From Candidatus Woesearchaeota archaeon (lineage in GTDB: Archaea; Nanobdellota; Nanobdellia; Woesearchaeales; JAHWIC01): 64,000 nt of DNA. The notes beneath the pieces are model-generated. The model worked only from the letters and a program-made list of their open reading frames with translations, was not told the origin of the DNA and searched no databases. Of the stretch, positions 57,829-64,000 are shown one piece after another; the stretch's first letter is position 1; every line of letters starts with the position of its first letter. A program made the position numbers and the translations under genes. Where the stretch lies: assembly GCA_019322805.1 (NCBI GenBank), contig JAHWIC010000002.1:2938-66937 (forward strand). Reading direction: 5' to 3'.

Positions 57829-58728
57829 TTATTCCCCAAGTAAATTTGGCCTTTTCGATTTTATTACCCCCATAAACATTAACTGAAAGAAAATAATAAC
57901 AGCATATAGACCCCAGAATATCATCTTTGTAATTTTCCCTGGCATAGACACAAATGAAGACAATATAATTAAGAATGTGGTGCCTAAAGAGGGCATTATT
58001 ACAACCAGCAGCATATAAAACATCGCAAGAGGGTTAAGCTGGCTTCCATATCTCTGTATTTGAAGGACCTGCTCCTCTGACAGCAGATTGATGGTCTCAT
58101 TTATCACCCTGGACATATCAGCGCCTGATTTCATGCCATTGACAAGCTGCCATACAGCCCTTCTGAAAAACAAGGAAGGGTTGGTAGCTGCCATTTCCTC
58201 TAAAGTGTGTACCTGGGAGCTGCCAGCATTTATCTCCTTAACAGCCCTTGAAAATTCTTTAGAAATCTCTCCATAATCACCTTTTGATATATTAACCAAG
58301 ATATCGAACAAAGGAACCCCTGAATTAAGCTGGACCAATATATTCTGCAGGGCAGCCATTAGGTTTTTTTCTATGCCTCTCACCCTTCTGTTTACAAACA
58401 TCTTTGGGTACGCTAACTGCTGCAAAAAAGCAAAGATAGTCAGAAGAAATGAGGCTGTTAATGCAAATGAAAGGAATTTTTCAACACCAGCTGAAGCCAG
58501 GATAACAACAAGGAAAAAAGCAAAAAAGACAAAAAAAATGATGCTTGATAAAAAACACATGCTTAGATATTCCTTAGCTGAAAAATCAACCTCTGCCTGT
58601 TTTAGGCTTATTTTTAAAAAAGGGAAGAAATCCTGCAGGGACTCCCCAACTCCGAGAAAAGAATAGGATAACTTCTTCAAAGTTTTTGGCGGCAATAAGG
58701 AATAAGGCAATTTAAACATTGAAATCAC
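57829..58728 (-). CDS. Type II secretion system F-domain membrane protein (TadB/FlaJ N-terminal-half-like)
   Basis: T2SSF-like domain (LQNILVQLNSGVPLFDILVNISKGDYGEISKEFSRAVKEINAGSSQVHTLEEMA) plus TM segments. It is separated from the downstream T2SSF ORF by a 155-nt gap. Confidence 0.65.
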   Translation of the reverse strand: MISMFKLPYSLLPPKTLKKLSYSFLGVGESLQDFFPFLKISLKQAEVDFSAKEYLSMCFLSSIIFFVFFAFFLVVILASAGVEKFLSFALTASFLLTIFAFLQQLAYPKMFVNRRVRGIEKNLMAALQNILVQLNSGVPLFDILVNISKGDYGEISKEFSRAVKEINAGSSQVHTLEEMAATNPSLFFRRAVWQLVNGMKSGADMSRVINETINLLSEEQVLQIQRYGSQLNPLAMFYMLLVVIMPSLGTTFLIILSSFVSMPGKITKMIFWGLYAVIIFFQLMFMGVIKSKRPNLLGE

Positions 58729-58737
58729 GTATAGACA

Positions 58738-60249
58738 TCAACTTCCCAGCAGTTTGTCTGGTTTTGCGTTTTTATTTACCATATCTATCACAAAGTCAGG
58801 ATCAAGATAATAAAGATTTATTATCCTGCCAACATCATCCAGGCTTCTGATATTATTCTTAACTAAATAATCCAATATCTTCTTTTTGGTTTTTAGATCA
58901 TTATTTATTTCTGCCTGGCTTAGGCCGGTATGCCTGCTTAGCTCCTCAAACAGCCTCGTTGACTGGGAGTGTTGAACAATAGTGTCGTTAGACGGCTTCC
59001 ACCTGTAGAGTATATTTGGTTTGACTGCAATGCCTCCAGATTCTTCTGATGCAATGAATTCCCCTATCTGGTGGGTCCTCCTTATGCCGCGCCTGCGCTC
59101 CCTAAACATCACAACATTCAGGTTAACTGCTCCAAGCAGATTTTTTGGCACGCTTATTGGAGGGTTGGTTAATCTCTGGATGGTCTCGTTGATTGAGTCA
59201 GCGTGAACAGTAGCGTAAACACTATGGCCGGTATGCATTGCTTCGAATAAGACCTCTGCTTCTTCCCTCCTTCTCATTTCTCCCAAAATTACCCTGTCAG
59301 GCCTCATCCTAAGCGAGTTAATCAACAGGTCAAGCATTGTAACTTCTCCTTTTCCTTCCGGGTTTGGCTGTCTGGTTGTCAGAGGGCACCAATACAGAAA
59401 TTTAGGAAGCTGCAGCTCGCGCGTATCCTCAATGCTTATCAGCCTATGATTCGGCGGCATAAAAACCATGCAAACGTTCAGGAAAGAGGTCTTGCCAGAG
59501 CCTGTGCCTCCGCTGATTAGTATATTCATCTCGTATTGTATTGCCAGCCAGATTAAGGCAAATATCTCAGAGCTCGATGTTTTATTTGCAATGAAATCTG
59601 TTACAGTCCATGGGTCACGGGCAAATTTTCTTATTGTGATTGAATTGCCTTTATTTGAGATCGGATAAAAAACAGCATTTGCCCTGTCACCAGTTATCAG
59701 GTGCGCGTCAAGCAAGGGGTTTAAAACAGTTATCTGCCTGCCAACACGCCTGGCAATTGTATTGGAAAAGTTTTGGATTTTCTCTTCCTTATCAATTGTT
59801 ACGTTTGTCTCTAACCAGCCATGCTTTTTATGGTATATCCTTACAGGCTCATCTGCAGAATTTATGACAATCTCCTCTAGGTTGCCATCATTCAACAGGA
59901 ATTCAATCTCACCAAAACCAAGCATTTCATGCAGCAGGGTTCCAATTAAAAATGTCTTAGTTTCTTCTTTTATTACCGGCAATTTTCCTTTTAATAGCTC
60001 AGAAGCCTTTTCCTTAAACTTCTGCTTTAATGTGTCCATGACCTTTGGGTCTAATATCTCAGCTGCACTTACCTTTACCTCTACAATAAGCTGGCGCCTT
60101 ATCTCATCAACCAAGGCCAGAGTAGGTTTGCTGAGCTGCGGCACAATAATATTATACCGCCCCATTTTTCCTTTCTCTTTAACTATGTTTATATCTACAT
60201 TTACGCCATCAGCTTCTACTTTGTATTTCTCAATTCCTTCTGCTGCCAA
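58738..60249 (-). CDS. FlaI/TadA/VirB11-type secretion ATPase (type IV pilus / archaellum assembly ATPase)
   Basis: Walker A ISGGTGSGKTSFLN, Asp box, Walker B LISIEDTRELQL and His box HTGHSVYATVHADS. Confidence 0.85.
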   Translation of the reverse strand: MAAEGIEKYKVEADGVNVDINIVKEKGKMGRYNIIVPQLSKPTLALVDEIRRQLIVEVKVSAAEILDPKVMDTLKQKFKEKASELLKGKLPVIKEETKTFLIGTLLHEMLGFGEIEFLLNDGNLEEIVINSADEPVRIYHKKHGWLETNVTIDKEEKIQNFSNTIARRVGRQITVLNPLLDAHLITGDRANAVFYPISNKGNSITIRKFARDPWTVTDFIANKTSSSEIFALIWLAIQYEMNILISGGTGSGKTSFLNVCMVFMPPNHRLISIEDTRELQLPKFLYWCPLTTRQPNPEGKGEVTMLDLLINSLRMRPDRVILGEMRRREEAEVLFEAMHTGHSVYATVHADSINETIQRLTNPPISVPKNLLGAVNLNVVMFRERRRGIRRTHQIGEFIASEESGGIAVKPNILYRWKPSNDTIVQHSQSTRLFEELSRHTGLSQAEINNDLKTKKKILDYLVKNNIRSLDDVGRIINLYYLDPDFVIDMVNKNAKPDKLLGS

Positions 60250-60261
60250 AGTTCTTACCTC

Positions 60262-61167
60262 TTATTGTCGGTTATTCTTGGCTTTAATCTCTTTGGTATC
60301 AATCTTAATTTTAATTAATTCTGGTTCCCCTACAGCGGGATAATGCAATTTTAGCAGGTCATGCTCTTCTAAAATTGCTGCCCAATCCTCTATCTTCTTT
60401 CTGTCAACACCGAAATATTTGGCCATAACAGACAATTTTACCTTGCCGCTTTTCTCTACCATTCTATGCAAAGCATCAAGATAGGTCTCATACCTGCCAA
60501 GCGCTATTTTTCTTGGCTGCGGTGATTCTTTAGGGGCAGATAATACTTTTGACAAGATAAATTTGTTTCCTCTCTCAGGATTTTTTTCTATATACGATTT
60601 TGACTGGGCTAATGACCTATACGATACATCTCCTCTGGTAGACCTAATAAAATAATAGGCATGTGTTGTGGCCATTATAGCAAGTATTATGGTTATTACC
60701 AACATGCCTGTCTGAGTTGATAGTTTTGGTAAATTAGGTATTTCAACAGACGCAAAACCGACAATTGAGGAGGTTTCTGTGAACAGAAAAACAATGACCA
60801 TTATTGACAAAACCCCTAGAAGATATATGCTGCGTTTGACTATCTTTTCAGACATGTATGAGCTAATCAGTCCTTCAGTAAGGTCTTTATCATAACCATG
60901 CTTGATAAGCGCTTCTTTGATTGAATCAAGACTGTGGCCTTTATCAAAATTCCTCTTTATATACTCCCTCAACTTCCTTACAGTATGCTTAGAAAGGTTT
61001 GCCTCTTTTCCAACGCTCTCATTTACCTCAGCTGGTTTCTCTTTGCTGTTCTTTTTTATTGAGGAGTGCCTAACTGGTTTTTGTTTTTTGTTCTTTTTTA
61101 TTGAAGAAGGCCGAGTTGACTTCCCTTTCTTGCTTGCCTTTTTCATCAGGCTCCTTTTTTTAGCCAT
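60262..61167 (-). CDS. Hypothetical membrane protein with K-rich N-terminus, first gene of the pilus operon
   Basis: MAKKRSLMKKASKKGKSTRPSSIKKNKKQK..., central TM helices and a C-terminal soluble domain. No family recognised. Confidence 0.35.
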   Translation of the reverse strand: MAKKRSLMKKASKKGKSTRPSSIKKNKKQKPVRHSSIKKNSKEKPAEVNESVGKEANLSKHTVRKLREYIKRNFDKGHSLDSIKEALIKHGYDKDLTEGLISSYMSEKIVKRSIYLLGVLSIMVIVFLFTETSSIVGFASVEIPNLPKLSTQTGMLVITIILAIMATTHAYYFIRSTRGDVSYRSLAQSKSYIEKNPERGNKFILSKVLSAPKESPQPRKIALGRYETYLDALHRMVEKSGKVKLSVMAKYFGVDRKKIEDWAAILEEHDLLKLHYPAVGEPELIKIKIDTKEIKAKNNRQ

Positions 61168-61375
61168 TTTAGTTACATGAGTTTATATTTACGACTAGGT
61201 GGATATTAAATATTAGTCTATCCTTTTTAAACGTATGTAGTAACCTTCTGATAATAAATATTAATCTGGAGGTAGTATAATTAAGTTTAAATATCATGTA
61301 AAATTTGTTATATAAAAAAATGAAAAAGTGTCAGAAATTTTATAAACTGACGCTTTATTTAAAAAAAGGTGACGT

Positions 61376-61822
61376 ATGAAAAAAATTTCTGAGCAAGTTA
61401 GAAAGCTTTGCTTTCAAACTAGGGGTCAGATTAGTATGGAGTACATGATTATTGTTGGTATTACTACCTTTGTTGCTATTTCTTTACTTGCGATATCCCA
61501 TTATTATTCCAGAGAAACAGAGGAAACAATAAACACGCAGCAGATAGACCGGGTAGCAAAAGAAATCGTAGATACTGCAGAATCGATGTATTATTACGGA
61601 GAGCCTTCTAGGACTACTGTTAAGGCCTACCTGCCTGACGGAATAAAAGAAGTCACTGTTGGCCCTGATGAGCTTTCTTTCAGAGTCATAACACAGTCCG
61701 GCGAGACAGACATGTTTTATCCCTCTTCTGTTAACCTGCAGGGGAATATATCTGCATCTTATGGATACCATCATATAACAATAGAAGCAAAAGAGGGTTA
61801 TGTATGGATAAATTCCACCTAA
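61376..61822 (+). CDS. Class III signal peptide (archaeal type IV pilin-like) protein
   Basis: ..TRGQ|ISMEYMIIVGITTFVAISLLAI is a prepilin peptidase-type signal (basic-G-Q then hydrophobic helix). Preceded by an AGGTGA RBS. Confidence 0.65.
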   Translation: MKKISEQVRKLCFQTRGQISMEYMIIVGITTFVAISLLAISHYYSRETEETINTQQIDRVAKEIVDTAESMYYYGEPSRTTVKAYLPDGIKEVTVGPDELSFRVITQSGETDMFYPSSVNLQGNISASYGYHHITIEAKEGYVWINST

Positions 61823-62196
61823 AGTCTCAGGCAGCAATGGAATTTATGATTCTAGCAGGGGTTCTGCTTTTTATACTCACAATAATGTTGGTAGTTGTTG
61901 CAAATAAAACAACCTACATCAACCAAAAAAAGGAAGTTATGCTTGGGGAAGATGCTGTAACTAAAGTACAAAAAGAGATAAATCTCGCTGCTCGTGTTTT
62001 AGATGGCTATTCCAGAGAATTTACGCTTCCACAAAAAATCAGCAATAAAGACTATAACATTTCAATAGTAGGAAATGAGGTCATATTAAGTACAGAGGAA
62101 CAAGACTTCTGGAGGGTAATTCCCTCTGTGGTTGGAAATATTACTAAAGGAAATAACAGGATAAACAAAACAAATGGCATTATCTATCTCAATTAA
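61804..62196 (+). CDS. Class III signal peptide pilin-like protein
   Basis: ..KSQAAMEFMILAGVLLFILTIMLVVV. Confidence 0.6.
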   Translation: MDKFHLKSQAAMEFMILAGVLLFILTIMLVVVANKTTYINQKKEVMLGEDAVTKVQKEINLAARVLDGYSREFTLPQKISNKDYNISIVGNEVILSTEEQDFWRVIPSVVGNITKGNNRINKTNGIIYLN

Positions 62197-62683
62197 GCGC
62201 AAGTCTCAAATTTGGAGCCTTGACCTTATGGTAGCTGTCTTAATATTTTTATGCGCATTACTTATTTTTTATAAGTATAGCATTAATGTTATAGATGTTG
62301 AAGAACAGGGTGTTGAGCACTTATTGCTTGATGCAAAACTCATCTCAAGTTATCTGGTTTCTACCGGCTATCCTGAGGACTGGACTGCTAGTAATGTGAC
62401 CCTAATTGGTTTAACTAATGGAGAGATAAGGCTAAGCAAAGAAAAGGTCCAGCAATTTTCAAGTCTCGCTTTATCTGATTACACGAACAGCAGAAGGCTC
62501 CTCTCAACAATGAATGATTACTACATATCCTTCGAAGACAAGAACGGCAGTTTGTTTGAAATTGAGGGCATATCTTCCATAGGCAAGGACTACTCAGCTG
62601 AAAATCCTGATAATCTGATTAAGGTAGAAAGGGTTGTTATTTACAATTCAAGCATAATAAAATTAATGGTGCACGTATGGTAA
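62174..62683 (+). CDS. Class III signal peptide pilin-like protein
   Basis: ..KRKSQ|IWSLDLMVAVLIFLCALLIF. Confidence 0.55.
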   Translation: MALSISIKRKSQIWSLDLMVAVLIFLCALLIFYKYSINVIDVEEQGVEHLLLDAKLISSYLVSTGYPEDWTASNVTLIGLTNGEIRLSKEKVQQFSSLALSDYTNSRRLLSTMNDYYISFEDKNGSLFEIEGISSIGKDYSAENPDNLIKVERVVIYNSSIIKLMVHVW

Positions 62684-64000
62684 AAAAAGGGGTTTTTTTT
62701 AGCATAGACGCTTTGATAGCAGTCATCATTATCCTATCTGCTATTATTTTTATCTCTGTTTTTTATATTAACAAGCCATCAACTAGCCAGCAGGTATATT
62801 TCTCTTCAGACCTTGTTCAGATATTATCTACAATGAAGATAGGGGAAATCAATGACCCTGCTGTTAGAACCATGCTAAATGAGAGCAATATAACTGAACT
62901 GAACAGGACTATCTTAGAGCAAACCCTAAGGTTCCAGGTAGGAGGGAGGGAGGATGAAGCCAGTGAGTTAATAAACCTTACAATAGGTAACCTTGTGCCG
63001 GATTACTATAATTTAGGTGTTTGGATTGAGGGTTTTGAAGAGCCTGTGTATGCTACAAGCCAGGAACCAGTAACCCAGCTTATATCATCAAAACAGCTGG
63101 TTTCTGGAATAGAGAAAGAAAAGGCAGTAGAAGGGCTGGCTTCCCGCGCTTTTCTATCAGGTATAAATGAAAGAACCAGCTCTGCTTATGCGTATTTTGG
63201 CGGATATGAAGGAGATGGAAATATAACAAAGAAGGTAACCTTGCCTGGCGGTTTAATCTCTATAGATTATGCATATATGGAGCTTGATGCTGGCGGAGAG
63301 TTTGACTTACATATCAATGGTATTAAGTCAGGGCATTACACACCAGCGCAGGATATGAGGGCAGACGAATGGGTGATAAATTCTTCTTGTCTTAGCAATT
63401 TTCAAGAGGGAGAGAATACAATAATATTTTCATTTAATGGAACAAAAAAATATATTGGCGGTGGTTATTTAAGGGTGGATTACACTGCCTCTGAATTAAT
63501 ACTTTACGAGGATATAGGGACAGAGAGATATTATTTTCCAGGAATAGATGGGATTATTAATGTTTATTCCTCATTCTATGTTCCTGGAAGCCTGGATTCT
63601 ATGAACATTCATCTGCATTATGAAAGTGATTATGAAACATTCATGAACATAGGAGGCATAACAGTTTATAGTTATGAGTCTTCTGGAGAAAATACAGTCG
63701 ATATTCCGGATGAAGAATTAAGCCTGATAATCAATTATTCCAGCCTAAGCAACAAAACAGTTCCAATAAGGATAGGGCTTGTAGCAGCAAACCTGAGTGA
63801 GGTAATTGGGCAGGGTGATGTAGATGTAGTTTTAATCACAGACCTTTCAGGAAGTATGGAGTATCGCTTAGATTCTGATGTTGATGGGATAGCAAGGAAC
63901 TGTTCAGACCCTCTTATCTATGAGGCATCAACAAAAAGAGTTTCTTTAGCAAAATGTCTTGATAAAGATTTTATTGATACTATCCTGCAGAGCACAAGAA
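62677..64000 (+). CDS. Large pilin-like protein with class III signal peptide and von Willebrand factor A (vWA) domain. The C-terminus is beyond the window.
   Basis: MVKKG|VFFSIDALIAVIIILSAIIF N-terminus. Near the window end, DVDVVLITDLSGSMEY is a MIDAS DxSxS motif of vWA domains. The ATG overlaps the preceding pilin stop. Confidence 0.6.
   Translation, partial: MVKKGVFFSIDALIAVIIILSAIIFISVFYINKPSTSQQVYFSSDLVQILSTMKIGEINDPAVRTMLNESNITELNRTILEQTLRFQVGGREDEASELINLTIGNLVPDYYNLGVWIEGFEEPVYATSQEPVTQLISSKQLVSGIEKEKAVEGLASRAFLSGINERTSSAYAYFGGYEGDGNITKKVTLPGGLISIDYAYMELDAGGEFDLHINGIKSGHYTPAQDMRADEWVINSSCLSNFQEGENTIIFSFNGTKKYIGGGYLRVDYTASELILYEDIGTERYYFPGIDGIINVYSSFYVPGSLDSMNIHLHYESDYETFMNIGGITVYSYESSGENTVDIPDEELSLIINYSSLSNKTVPIRIGLVAANLSEVIGQGDVDVVLITDLSGSMEYRLDSDVDGIARNCSDPLIYEASTKRVSLAKCLDKDFIDTILQSTR

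Overview
This AT-rich (~35% GC), gene-dense window is archaeal, and the gene content and architecture resemble a reduced, possibly DPANN-like genome (inference only). It contains a conserved translation/ribosomal neighbourhood (L44e, S27e, aIF2-alpha, an unlisted Nop10, a PAC2-like chaperone; later prefoldin-alpha, FtsY, Prs, ScpA, Kae1, LonB, L35Ae). A glycolysis/serine-glycerate module follows (enolase, dPGM-like mutase, class-V aminotransferase, 2-hydroxyacid dehydrogenase, glycerate kinase). There is a large carbohydrate-modification cluster: SAF-domain oxidoreductase, radical SAM, Zn-ribbon C-methyltransferase-like, GT4, ROK and BadF-type kinases, a kinase-like protein, GH2, two paralogous divergent GT-A proteins, an MPGP/YedP-type HAD phosphatase and a GH130 phosphorylase. 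An rRNA operon (16S with a ~114-nt intron, tRNA-Ala, 23S, no 5S) is preceded by a tRNA cluster. Six tRNAs (Val, Ile-UAU, Glu, Ala, iMet, Ser) carry non-canonical T-loop introns; four of these also have anticodon-loop introns, Val and Ser do not. The 3' half of the window holds a type-IV-pilus/Tad-like locus: FlaI/TadA-like ATPase, two separate T2SSF membrane proteins, three class-III-signal-peptide pilins, a large vWA adhesin-like pilin, and nearby KaiC/FlaH-like ATPases. The most unusual feature is a structured ~250-nt repeat family with four copies, each abutting the stop codon or 3' end of a co-oriented gene; one copy coincides with a truncated Hel308-like helicase. A GC-rich (~65%) structured island with inverted termini (26388-26566) is an unassigned ncRNA or MITE candidate. 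A second GC-rich island (47772-47897) resolves as an intron-containing tRNA-Ser on the minus strand.
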